Of a DNA stretch of 64,000 nt, positions 46,401 to 54,689 are shown one piece after another (the stretch's first letter is position 1; every line of letters begins with the position of its first letter). The position numbers were made by a program, and so were the translations under genes. The stretch comes from an uncultured Candidatus Saccharibacteria bacterium. Lineage in GTDB: Bacteria > Patescibacteriota > Minisyncoccia > Phycocordibacterales > UBA9973. The stretch spans positions 9,101 to 73,100 of the forward strand of contig CAYLKL010000003.1 of NCBI GenBank assembly GCA_964384645.1, written 5' to 3'. Under the pieces are notes generated by a model. It was given only the letters and a program-made list of their open reading frames with translations. It searched no databases and was not told the origin of the DNA.

Positions 46401-48618
46401 AAACCAAACGTGTTGTATCTCCACGCATCATTTTTCCATTTTTAAGAATATCTTCGTAATAACTTGTTACACCTTGTGCATATGAAGGAGTTGATGCTTG
46501 CCATACATAGTTTTCAGGATAAAGGTTGTCTGCAATGTTTGGTTCTATATTGAAAACACCTGGATAGAAAAATTCAGCACCTGTTGCAGCTAAAACTTTT
46601 GTAAAACCAAGCATTTGAGCTGGTCGAACATTGTTTCTTTCAACTCTATCCCAACCAGCAGATATAAATGGAGAATATAGATTATCTCCAGCTGCTAATT
46701 CCCCGTTTCTACTATTTACAACCCACTGCCATCCGTGCCAAGCACTACTCCAATATTTCCAGTTCCATGGATATCGAATATAAAAATCAGGAGTAGAGTA
46801 ATACATACCATTTATTGGATCATTTACTTTTCTTGCTTCTTCCCATTTAAATTCATATATATGTTCACCTTCAATAGCGTACTCTGTGAAAGTTGAATTT
46901 GAAACAGCTTGAATACTTTTTATTTTATCAACATAAGCTCTTTCGTTTGTATAAAATTGTCTAGCTACATAAGTATACGCATCAAGTCCAGATGCATTTT
47001 TTGCAGCCAAAACAGCTGGGTCATTATTAACTATATTTGTTGTACTTTCTGCTGTATACGGAGGGAAAACTTCACCGTTATCATTAATGATATCGATCGC
47101 ACGTGTTGGATATTGAGCAACTCTATTTGGTATAGAATTTAAAACAGTTTGAATGTGCGACTTTGCAGCTTCTCCGTCTGGAGCGTAACTTGAAAGATAA
47201 GTTGAGACAGGCCTCCATCTTTTATCGGTTGTTACATTTCCATTAGGGTCCAAAAATTGCCCTGATGAATTTTGTAAATAATGAGTACTTGGTAAATTTT
47301 GAGAAGAGATACAAGATCTTGTACAAGCTGAAGTATAAAGTTGAGCTCTAAAAGATGTTGCGGCTATAGGAATAAAATTTGCACCAGGTGTAATGTATTG
47401 CTGTTCATTTGCCAAAGATTGATCTGCCGCAGAAAAACCATTTGAACTTCCTGTGTTATTCGTAACTTGAATATGGTAGTTCCATTTTGTAGCAAGTTGT
47501 CTGTTTATGTCCTTTGACTTTGCGTGGTTTGTTGTAGTGTTCCCAACTGAAGTACCTGAAATACTTGATGAAGCTAAGTTTGAAAGATAATCATATGCCA
47601 ACCAGTTACCGACATTCCTTATTAAGGTATTTGAAGATTTATAACGAGGCAAAGGATAAGTTTCAAGCTGATCAATAACAGAAACATTTACTCCTGGTGT
47701 TTGTCCTGATGAAGAAGAAAGATTTGTTCCTGCCATAAAATCAAGAGGGTTGTAAACTCCAGCAACTGAATCAGCTGATGGAACATTTGTGATTGCTGTT
47801 GTAGTTGAATAGCTAAGGCCTGCACTTGCATTATTGTGGTGTTCTAAAATTAAGTTTGGTGGCAAAGATTTGTCATACAGCGCAATTTGATCTAGCGAAC
47901 AATTACATTGAGTGTACTCTGCTGAATTAAGGCTCGAGAATTTTACAGCACCTGTTGTAGATACTGCTGTGTTAAACGAATACCCAGCTGGAAGTTGTCC
48001 GTCAATCCAAAATTGTACTTTTTGTGAAGAAGAAGTTGGGTCATATTGAATAACAAAATGGTGCCAATTTCCATCAGCAATATATGCTAAAGATTTTCTA
48101 CCAGCCTCATCTAGGTTGATATAAGAATCAACGCCATTAAGTACAAGTTTCCACCTAGCCATACTACCGTTTGGATTTCCTCCAACTGGTGTCTGGAACT
48201 CAAGCTTAAAATTAGAACCAAATGAGAAAATTGTTCCAGCTTCAAAAGTTTTTGAAGGCTTAAACAAAAATTCAACAGCCCAACCACTCGCAGAAGGAGT
48301 TATGTTGCCTGCTGTATTACCAGACCCAGATAGATCTATGTAATTTCCAACCTTTCCGCCTGTTTTTGGTGTCCAAGTAGAAGTTTCTGTTCCTCCGAAT
48401 TGCTGAGATCCAATAGTTGGAGTTTTTTGACCAGCAGTAGTTGTGTCAGAGAACTGCCAATAACTTACTGGAGTGATTGGACTTGTGACAGCTGTATAAG
48501 TGGCAGCCTTTTGGCTATTGCTTAATATTTGCGGATCAATAGGAGAAATTACCTTTGAAAACAAAAAAACCGCAATCACAAAGAATGATAATAATAATGC
48601 CTTATTTATTTTTTTCAT
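43441..48618 (-). CDS. Giant surface protein 2 (1725 aa): signal anchor, LamG-like domain, conserved central domain, multiple Ig-like domains, FN3 domain, CARDB domain
   Basis: DGNWHHFVI. FN3-like LSWGGSTDSGSGLEGYYIYRDG. CARDB-like DVLVTDIVWSPVSPSVGANVSFTATVKNQG...EVNEANN. At least 6 Ig-like repeats (TAPTVSVTAPT...). Shares a ~200-aa identical segment with gene 1. Confidence 0.6.
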   Translation of the reverse strand: MKKINKALLLSFFVIAVFLFSKVISPIDPQILSNSQKAATYTAVTSPITPVSYWQFSDTTTAGQKTPTIGSQQFGGTETSTWTPKTGGKVGNYIDLSGSGNTAGNITPSASGWAVEFLFKPSKTFEAGTIFSFGSNFKLEFQTPVGGNPNGSMARWKLVLNGVDSYINLDEAGRKSLAYIADGNWHHFVIQYDPTSSSQKVQFWIDGQLPAGYSFNTAVSTTGAVKFSSLNSAEYTQCNCSLDQIALYDKSLPPNLILEHHNNASAGLSYSTTTAITNVPSADSVAGVYNPLDFMAGTNLSSSSGQTPGVNVSVIDQLETYPLPRYKSSNTLIRNVGNWLAYDYLSNLASSSISGTSVGNTTTNHAKSKDINRQLATKWNYHIQVTNNTGSSNGFSAADQSLANEQQYITPGANFIPIAATSFRAQLYTSACTRSCISSQNLPSTHYLQNSSGQFLDPNGNVTTDKRWRPVSTYLSSYAPDGEAAKSHIQTVLNSIPNRVAQYPTRAIDIINDNGEVFPPYTAESTTNIVNNDPAVLAAKNASGLDAYTYVARQFYTNERAYVDKIKSIQAVSNSTFTEYAIEGEHIYEFKWEEARKVNDPINGMYYSTPDFYIRYPWNWKYWSSAWHGWQWVVNSRNGELAAGDNLYSPFISAGWDRVERNNVRPAQMLGFTKVLAATGAEFFYPGVFNIEPNIADNLYPENYVWQASTPSYAQGVTSYYEDILKNGKMMRGDTTRLVYPPDSNPGFRFYTGNPGQLVVARKQNSANRFVITGMENPWSNYQGNAAEESLADISFGGDTYPATTVTPTENLKFKVRRQGSTYIYDKTGASPVFYQLDAWHESSHPWYWSKDFSFEAEVYDTGSASRTTTTPAGTPAGDYTNFTTYINPSTGSTTYKFEPRDATGSIPKTYYLWYFAKSATGTSTATVKVDSGTAQTISSNSTTFGWCNKNQAGTPIVFSSVTPNTAHTFTFTGLSANFQLDKFILTENANLNLGSCGGTTPTDTIAPTVSVTAPTTGATISTGPATLSANATDASGIASVEFKVDGVSVGIDTTLPYSVSWSLTGVTNGSHQITATATDTVGNTANSSVSITVSLPDTVAPTTPTTLSVTRQSNSAVLSWGGSTDSGSGLEGYYIYRDGSTTAINTSAVTNLGYTDTPSANASHTYIVKSKDSSGNFSSASNQVSINIDTAGPSTTVTSPVSGATLSGTVTMTASATDTTGINHIEFYRGTVLICTATATGQTSGTFSCSWNTTGVANGSYQITAKAYDKVTVPGSNSTTTTAFGVTVNNVTTPPADTTAPTVSVTAPTPSATVSGLVTVSANASDNVGVTTVQFFTDSSTSPFATDTSAPYSVTLDSSTLSNGTHTVKAKAFDAAGNNATSANVSVTVSNATGQPDVLVTDIVWSPVSPSVGANVSFTATVKNQGTVGTPEGMVVGVMFMMDGVALGCSDAQTTSIGAGKTVNLGMGTGSAYCSNQSADTGIFTAWNATGGSHNITAVVDDINRFAEVNEANNTTSETITVGTDTSAPTVSITSPANGVVVTGGSNTTITANASDASGIQNVKIYIDGNQYGSTLTTSPYSISWNTTGFTSGSHTITAIATDNAGNSSTSSAVSVSISTTVADTTAPTVSITSPANNANVSNTSPVTFIATVTDNVSVKQVKFFLGATSTTPKCTLTSATTPPSSYSCSFTVPSVLWGFGTSTINVQAVDVAGNTTTKNIKVK
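45627..46171. repeat. Copy B of the intragenic duplicated block (identical to 40407-40951)
   Basis: See copy A. Antisense ORFs 40247..40594 and 45458..45814 in the ORF track are near-identical artefacts of this duplication. Confidence 0.9.
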
Positions 48619-48730
48619 AATAGAAACTTATTTTTTAATAATAATTAATAAACACCAAAAACAAATGCCACCCTAATTTATTTATATTATATATGTTTTT
48701 TGGTTAAATTTTCAGACAAATGTGGATAAT

Positions 48731-50413
48731 TTAATGTATATCAAGTATTCTAATTCTAATTTTTTCATAACCTCCAAAAAAACTTTTTTCCACCAATCCA
48801 ACCATAGTAATGAAATCACCTTTTTTCATATCTATTTTGTAATCTTCAGGTTTTTTAAAAAAGGCAATGGCTTTAATTGCTTGCCCGTTAATACTAATCT
48901 CAAGCTCTGTATGGTTTTTTTCTTTACCAAAAGTCTTTACACCCAAAATAAGAGCATCTTTTAGTTCAAAAACAGGCTTTGGATTACCCATCCCAAAAGG
49001 GGCGAACTTTTCCATACTCGAAACACCGTTTCTATTAACAAAAAAACTGTCGAATTCTATAAAATTTTCATTTTCTTCATTATTCTGACTACTTGAACTT
49101 AAAAAAGCCTTCTCAAGTAACGCTGGCAGGTTATGTATTTCACCATCTTTAACAGAAAATCCACCTGCTTTTTTGTGGCCACCTATATCTATAAAGGAAT
49201 CTACTGTATTTTTCATTATTTCAACTACGTCAGCATTTCCAAAAGACCTACAAGACCCCTTAATAACCTCTTTTTCTCCATGAGTCCTACCCCAAACAAA
49301 TGTAGTCTTTTTATATTCTTCACATAACTTACTGGCCAAAAGACCTAAAAGCCCAGGACTCCATGTCGGACTACCGACACAAATGACATTTTCGAAACCT
49401 CTAGTTTTTATGCTTTTATTGGCTTCTTTCATCATAGTTGCGACGATTATCTTTCTTTTGTCAGAAAGTTTTGCTAAATCCTCAGACAAAATATCTGCTG
49501 AATCTTTATCTTCCGCACTTAAAAGCTGATATGCCTTGTAAGCCTCATCCATTCGGGAAGCCGCATTTATCTTTGGGGCAATTGAGAAATTTATATCGTC
49601 TTCTGTGATATTTCTAATATTTATCTTTGATCTATCCGCCAAGGCTTTGAGTCCGAGACGTTTTCCTTTTCTCATAACCATAAGGCCGTATTTTGCCAAA
49701 ACCCTATTTTCATCAATTAAAGGAACTTGGTCAGCAATAGTAGAAAGTGCCACCAAATCAAGTAACCATTTTTCTTTACCGCGTGGATATTTAAAATACT
49801 CATGGTATTTATCCAAAAAACCTAATATAACTTTGTAGGTTATACCTGTTCCACAAAGTTCTCGGAATGGATATTTAGAATCTTTTAACTTTGGGTTTAT
49901 TAGGGCGAAAGGCTTTGGTAAAACATCCGGCGCTTCGTGATGATCAATAACAATAACGTTTACTCCATTTGCTTCAGCAAAATCAATCGCCTCTCTAGCC
50001 GTCGTCCCTAAATCTATAGTTATCAGCAAGGTTGTTTTTAAATCTATGATTTTCTCAAGAATCCCTTGGTGTAGTCCGTAACCTAAAGTATTTCGATCAG
50101 GTATGTAAACTTCTAAATGTCTAACACCTAAACTTCTTAAAAATTCAGAAAGTATTGTTGCCCCAGGTATTCCATCACAATCATAATCTGAATATATAGC
50201 TATTTTCTCACCCGCCGTAATGGCACTAAAAATTCTCTCAATCGCTTTTTCGAGATCTGGTAACAGTTTAGGATCATGCAAATCCCTTATATAATCAGGA
50301 TTTAAAAACTTTTCTTTTTCAATTTCTGTTTTAATACCTATTTTTTCAAATAGTTTGTCGAAAACATTTTCCATCTTGGATTCATTAGGGGTCTTTTGCG
50401 TAAGCATGGTCAA
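48731..50413 (-). CDS. recJ: Single-stranded-DNA-specific exonuclease RecJ
   Basis: DHH motifs SDYDCDGIPG, ITIDLGT and VIVIDHHE, plus DHHA1 GGHKKAGG. The true start may be the internal MENVFDKL. Confidence 0.85.
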   Translation of the reverse strand: MTMLTQKTPNESKMENVFDKLFEKIGIKTEIEKEKFLNPDYIRDLHDPKLLPDLEKAIERIFSAITAGEKIAIYSDYDCDGIPGATILSEFLRSLGVRHLEVYIPDRNTLGYGLHQGILEKIIDLKTTLLITIDLGTTAREAIDFAEANGVNVIVIDHHEAPDVLPKPFALINPKLKDSKYPFRELCGTGITYKVILGFLDKYHEYFKYPRGKEKWLLDLVALSTIADQVPLIDENRVLAKYGLMVMRKGKRLGLKALADRSKINIRNITEDDINFSIAPKINAASRMDEAYKAYQLLSAEDKDSADILSEDLAKLSDKRKIIVATMMKEANKSIKTRGFENVICVGSPTWSPGLLGLLASKLCEEYKKTTFVWGRTHGEKEVIKGSCRSFGNADVVEIMKNTVDSFIDIGGHKKAGGFSVKDGEIHNLPALLEKAFLSSSSQNNEENENFIEFDSFFVNRNGVSSMEKFAPFGMGNPKPVFELKDALILGVKTFGKEKNHTELEISINGQAIKAIAFFKKPEDYKIDMKKGDFITMVGLVEKSFFGGYEKIRIRILDIH

Positions 50414-50415
50414 AA

Positions 50416-50826
50416 TTGTATCATGGAAACATGAATGACTGTATTTTTTGCAAAATAATCAAAGGAGAAATTCCAAGCTATAAAATTTATGAAGATGAAT
50501 CTTTTATTTCGTTCTTAGATATCAATCCAGTTTCTAAAGGACACGCCCTTATAATTCCTAAAAGTCACATTGAATGGATGCACGAGGCGGATGATAGTTT
50601 GATAAAAGAGATATTTGTATTAACTAAAAAAATGATGTTAAACATAAAGGAAAAGCTTCCGTGTGATTATGTGCAAATTGGTGTAGTCGGCAAAGATGTT
50701 CCACATTTTCATGTTCATCTAATACCTAGATCTTTAGAAGAGGCTGTTACTCAAACAACGAGACCACATGCTCCATACATGTCTCAGGAAGAAATAGATG
50801 AAATAGTAAATAAAATAAAAATGTAA
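50416..50826 (+). CDS. HIT-family (histidine triad) nucleotide hydrolase
   Basis: CIFCKII and the histidine triad HFHVHLIP. The start is possibly the internal ATG at 50431. Confidence 0.85.
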   Translation: MYHGNMNDCIFCKIIKGEIPSYKIYEDESFISFLDINPVSKGHALIIPKSHIEWMHEADDSLIKEIFVLTKKMMLNIKEKLPCDYVQIGVVGKDVPHFHVHLIPRSLEEAVTQTTRPHAPYMSQEEIDEIVNKIKM

Positions 50827-50830
50827 AAGA

Positions 50831-50860
50831 AAAAAAGCGACCTTGTGAGGTCGCTTTTTG
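50831..50860. terminator. Bidirectional intrinsic terminator (after HIT and after the small minus-strand ORF)
   Basis: Stem gcgacct-tgtg-aggtcgc with an A-run and a T-run. Confidence 0.75.
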
Positions 50861-50878
50861 TTAAGTCACAGCAGAGCT

Positions 50879-51013
50879 TTATTTTACCCAGGCAAAGTAT
50901 TTACCTGTTTCAGCTTTACTTTTAAAAGATACTCCTGTAAGTCCGAGGAAGAGGATAAGCACGAAGCCGATTACATAAACATTCTTGTTTGCTCTTTGAC
51001 GGATAATTTCCAT
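50879..51013 (-). CDS. Small single-TM protein (44 aa), unannotated sORF with its own consensus promoter
   Basis: Minus-strand ATG at 51013 and TAA at 50879-50881, encoding MEIIRQRANKNVYVIGFVLILFLGLTGVSFKSKAETGKYFAWVK. It is bracketed by a perfect promoter and the 50831-50860 terminator, and is below the ORF-track length cut-off. Confidence 0.4.
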   Translation of the reverse strand: MEIIRQRANKNVYVIGFVLILFLGLTGVSFKSKAETGKYFAWVK

Positions 51014-51056
51014 GTTTTTTTAGTTTTTAATTGGTTTAATTATTTAACTTTCTTTA

Positions 51057-51084
51057 ATTATACCATACATAGAGTTATTGTCAA
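51057..51084 (-). promoter_or_regulatory. Consensus sigma70 promoter (TTGACA-16-TATAAT) on the minus strand
   Basis: Minus strand reads TTGACA (51079-51084), a 16-nt spacer, then TATAAT (51057-51062). It points at the small ORF ~45 nt downstream. Confidence 0.55.
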
Positions 51085-51115
51085 GTCTCATTTACGGACA
51101 CTTATATAGACGAAT

Positions 51116-52243
51116 TTATGCCTTTTTTATTACAGCTTCTATTCCGACGAGAGTACTAAAGGCCAAAAAATCAAGTGTGGCACCCCCGCCAGTCGAAACA
51201 AACCTATATTTTTCAAGTTTATTTTCCTTTTCAAGGATAGCAAGCGTGTCTCCACCACCCAAATAAACATCCCCCGACACATCTGCCAAAAATGAAAGTA
51301 AATCATTCGTTGTTTTATCGAAACCGTTCTCGTAATTGCCTAGAGGTCCGTTCCAAAGTATCGTTTTTGAAACTCGAGCAAGGTCAAAAATCTGTTCCAT
51401 GCTTTTGTGCCCGACATCTACAATATTTTCATCTTCTGTTACTTCATTTAAAAGTCTTTCTCTTGTGCCGTTTGGTCCAGTCACAACTACGTCTACTGGA
51501 AGATGTAAATTTTCTCTTCCCAAAAAAGGCTGAGCGAGCTCTGGATTATCAGCCAAAGATATTCCTGTTTCAAAACCTTGTGCTTCAAAAAAGGAATTCG
51601 CTAAAGCACCGGCCACGTAAACATTGTCTGCTCGATCTAAAAAATTTTTCAGTAACGGAACTTTAGTGCTAATTTTTGCGCCACCTGAAATAAACAAAAA
51701 GGGGTGTTCTGGATTTTCAATAATTTTATTTAAATTCTCTATTTCGTTCCACATACCAAAACCAAAATAAGATGGTAAATATTTTGGAAGACCCACTACT
51801 GAAGCATGTGCTCGGTGTGAAACTGAAAAAGCATCATTTACATAGAAATCTGCTAGGCTGGCGAGATCTTTTGCAAAAGTTTCATCATTTGATTCTTCCA
51901 TTTTGTTTCGCCGAATATTTTCAACTAAAACAATTTCATTTTCAACTATACATTTCTTTATACTTTCGACTTCTGGCTTGTCACAGAAAGATGCTGTTAT
52001 ATTTTTTTGTTTTAACAAATCTATAAAAGGCAGTAGTGAGTCCTCTGTCTTACCTCGATGGCTTAAAATTATTATTTTGCATCCTTTTTCTTTTAGAAAT
52101 TCTATTGTTTTAATACTTTGTAAAAATCTCTGACTATTTATCATCGGAGCCCCTGGGACATTGTAATCAACTCGCAAAAGAACAATGTCGCCACGATGAC
52201 ACTGAAGATTTTCTATATTATGTTGATTTATTTTATCCTGCAT
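51116..52243 (-). CDS. pgk: Phosphoglycerate kinase
   Basis: VLLRVDYNVP and the hinge ...ISGGAKISTK... and GGGDT pattern. 375 aa. Confidence 0.9.
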   Translation of the reverse strand: MQDKINQHNIENLQCHRGDIVLLRVDYNVPGAPMINSQRFLQSIKTIEFLKEKGCKIIILSHRGKTEDSLLPFIDLLKQKNITASFCDKPEVESIKKCIVENEIVLVENIRRNKMEESNDETFAKDLASLADFYVNDAFSVSHRAHASVVGLPKYLPSYFGFGMWNEIENLNKIIENPEHPFLFISGGAKISTKVPLLKNFLDRADNVYVAGALANSFFEAQGFETGISLADNPELAQPFLGRENLHLPVDVVVTGPNGTRERLLNEVTEDENIVDVGHKSMEQIFDLARVSKTILWNGPLGNYENGFDKTTNDLLSFLADVSGDVYLGGGDTLAILEKENKLEKYRFVSTGGGATLDFLAFSTLVGIEAVIKKA

Positions 52244-52979
52244 AAGCGATAATTTTTAAGAATTTTTTTGTATCCAAACTAGCTCTACCCACCAAAACAC
52301 CGTCTATTTCTTTTGCTTCTACAAAATTTTTAGCATTTACTTCGTCCACCGATCCGCCGTACAAAACCTTTGAAACTTTTTCTGACTCAAAAACTTCTTT
52401 AATTGTTTTTTTAATAAACAAAGACATCTCACGAGCTTCGTCGAGCGTTGCCTCTCGGACGGCTTCACTTCCAATTGCCCAAATAGGCTCATACGCAACA
52501 ATGACTTTGCTTACTTTGTTTGCTGGAACCAAAGACAAATCTATACTTAACTGATTTTTAATAAATTTAAAAAATTCTCCAGTATTATCTCTTTTTGATT
52601 CACCGACGCACAATATAGGAGTAATTCCTTCAGACAAAAGACTTTCTATTTTTCTAGCAATCAATTCGTCTGACTCTCCTCTTTTTCTTGATTCAGAATG
52701 CCCAACAATTCCATACTTAGCGCCTAGAGTTTTTAAATGTTTCGGTGAAAGTGTGCCAGTGAAAGACCCAGAAGAATCAAGACCATTATCCTGTGAACCC
52801 GTTACCAAGCTCCCTTTAAGTCCATAAAACAAGGATTGAAACAAAGGTGGTGGAAAAATAATTACTTCAGAATTTTTAAATTTTCTTAGATTTTTATTTA
52901 AATCAGTAAAAAGTTTCTTCGCGGTTTTGGGGTCATTTGGATTTGTTTTCCAATTTCCGGCAATTATTTTTTTTATCAT
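52233..52979 (-). CDS. tpiA: Triosephosphate isomerase
   Basis: IIAGNWKTN, GHSESR and VAYEPIWAIGS active-site motifs. Overlaps pgk by 11 nt. Confidence 0.9.
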   Translation of the reverse strand: MIKKIIAGNWKTNPNDPKTAKKLFTDLNKNLRKFKNSEVIIFPPPLFQSLFYGLKGSLVTGSQDNGLDSSGSFTGTLSPKHLKTLGAKYGIVGHSESRKRGESDELIARKIESLLSEGITPILCVGESKRDNTGEFFKFIKNQLSIDLSLVPANKVSKVIVAYEPIWAIGSEAVREATLDEAREMSLFIKKTIKEVFESEKVSKVLYGGSVDEVNAKNFVEAKEIDGVLVGRASLDTKKFLKIIAYAG

Positions 52980-53107
52980 TACCTAATTTTACCTTAACTT
53001 TCAAATTCTTTCCATTTAGTTAACATTGCATATTTTAAGTATTGCTAAAAAAATAATTTGTTGAGCTAAGCTCCTTAATAAAAGACTGTAAACTGTTTTA
53101 ATGGGAA

Positions 53108-53136
53108 TAAAAAAATCCGACAAAGTCGGATTTTTA
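53108..53136 (-). terminator. Intrinsic terminator after the Gly-rich secreted-protein gene
   Basis: Minus-strand stem atccgac-ttt-gtcggat followed by TTTTTT. Confidence 0.7.
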
Positions 53137-53149
53137 AAATTATTATTTA

Positions 53150-54634
53150 TTATGGTGTTTCTTGCCAGCTAAATATAACGATACCGTTTCCCCCTTTACA
53201 TCCACTTCCTAGATTTGGAAGAAATGGATTAACTGCACCTGCACCACCACCACCCGAACTAATTCCTCCGCTTGTACAGCTTATCGAGCCCACACCTCCT
53301 TTTCCGGCATCCCTACTACCATCGTCGTTAAAGCTAGAAGCATTACCCCCAAGACCACCATTACCACTAGTACTACCAGAATGGACAACAGATCCATAAC
53401 TTAGCAGATCACCTGTTGATGTGTCTATCAAATAAGGCCACGCTGTGTACTTACCACTAGCTCCAGCTACTCCATTTTGAACATTTGCCCCTACTGTAAA
53501 AGACCCTCCTGTTCCACCAGCACCAGTTCCCGTTGAAGAAGATGGTGTATGTGGATTTACTATTATTTTTCCACCTAGTCCACCTTTTCCACCTTCAGCT
53601 TGAGCTACAACTGTAGATTGAGGTAAGGGACCTATAACCTTAGACTCTCCTCCGTTTTGTCCATCAGAAGCACCGTAACCAGATGGTGGACTATTAAAGT
53701 TTAAAATACTTGATACCCAACCACTAGGTGAGCCATAGAAAGAACCACTAACACCGTATCCTTTTTTAGTACCAGCACTACCGCCTGCACCAACTTGAAC
53801 ACTGTATTGCAAAGAAAGCTGTGTACCGATGCTATTAAATTCAGAGTAAGCTCCTCCACCACCACCTCCACCACCAGAGTTTATTTGACATTTTGCAGCT
53901 TGAGGTCCGGCATCATTAATAGTTCCAGGAGCACCCGATGTTCCAGAACAACCAGTAGAAAGATTATTTCCTTGACTAAATTGATAAGCGAGACCTCCCC
54001 CACCTCCTCCACCAGCACCGTTTATACTTACCCTAAGACTTCCCGCTACATATTTTACTGGTGTAATAAATATATTATTACTACAAGAACCTAACGGAGA
54101 ACTACAATCACCACTTGAGATTTGTGATCCAGAAGAATTAATAGAGTAAGTTTGATATTTAGTTGTGTTAACTACATTGCTTTCACTATTATCAGAAGAA
54201 CTTGTACAGCCCGGATCATTTGGATAGTCGACTAGTCCGTCACTATCATTATCCACGCCATCACTACACTCTGAAGTAGAAGTTGTTACCCCACAAAGAT
54301 AAAGTGTTCCGTTTGACTGAGCACAAACATGAGTATCGCCTGAATTTGTGTGTTGCAAGGTTGCAACCTTAAGTGTTCCAGTTCCAGGATCAGTAGTGTA
54401 ATCACCAACTGTTGTATCTCCAACCAAAAGTGATCCTCCAAAAACAGCAAGAGAATTTAACCCAAGTCCAGAATTTTTTATTTGGTTTGTTGTTCCAACA
54501 TTTACTGGACCCTGAGCATTATTACCAGGAGGCGGACCAGCTGGCGCAACCCAACTACCGGCATAAGAAATACCCGCTGACAATACTAGACCTATAACTA
54601 TTATTTTTAATCCATTTATAACTTGCTGTTTCAT
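53150..54634 (-). CDS. Secreted Gly-rich protein with a Cys-bracketed Asp-rich (TSP3/dockerin-like Ca-binding-type) motif
   Basis: Signal peptide. CSDGVDNDSDGLVDYPNDPGC. Two GGGGGGG runs and long GxGG low-complexity tracts. 494 aa. Confidence 0.5.
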   Translation of the reverse strand: MKQQVINGLKIIVIGLVLSAGISYAGSWVAPAGPPPGNNAQGPVNVGTTNQIKNSGLGLNSLAVFGGSLLVGDTTVGDYTTDPGTGTLKVATLQHTNSGDTHVCAQSNGTLYLCGVTTSTSECSDGVDNDSDGLVDYPNDPGCTSSSDNSESNVVNTTKYQTYSINSSGSQISSGDCSSPLGSCSNNIFITPVKYVAGSLRVSINGAGGGGGGGLAYQFSQGNNLSTGCSGTSGAPGTINDAGPQAAKCQINSGGGGGGGGAYSEFNSIGTQLSLQYSVQVGAGGSAGTKKGYGVSGSFYGSPSGWVSSILNFNSPPSGYGASDGQNGGESKVIGPLPQSTVVAQAEGGKGGLGGKIIVNPHTPSSSTGTGAGGTGGSFTVGANVQNGVAGASGKYTAWPYLIDTSTGDLLSYGSVVHSGSTSGNGGLGGNASSFNDDGSRDAGKGGVGSISCTSGGISSGGGGAGAVNPFLPNLGSGCKGGNGIVIFSWQETP

Positions 54635-54689
54635 ATGTTTATAATTTTACCACGCTAATAATAATTTTTATTAATAATTGTTTATAATT

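Noticed and set aside
53150-54634. Repetitive GGT/GGA/GGC-rich nucleotide tracts as a possible CRISPR array or SSR locus
   Set aside because: The repeats are in-frame Gly codons inside an intact ORF. They are irregular in unit and spacing, and there is no repeat-spacer architecture or cas gene.
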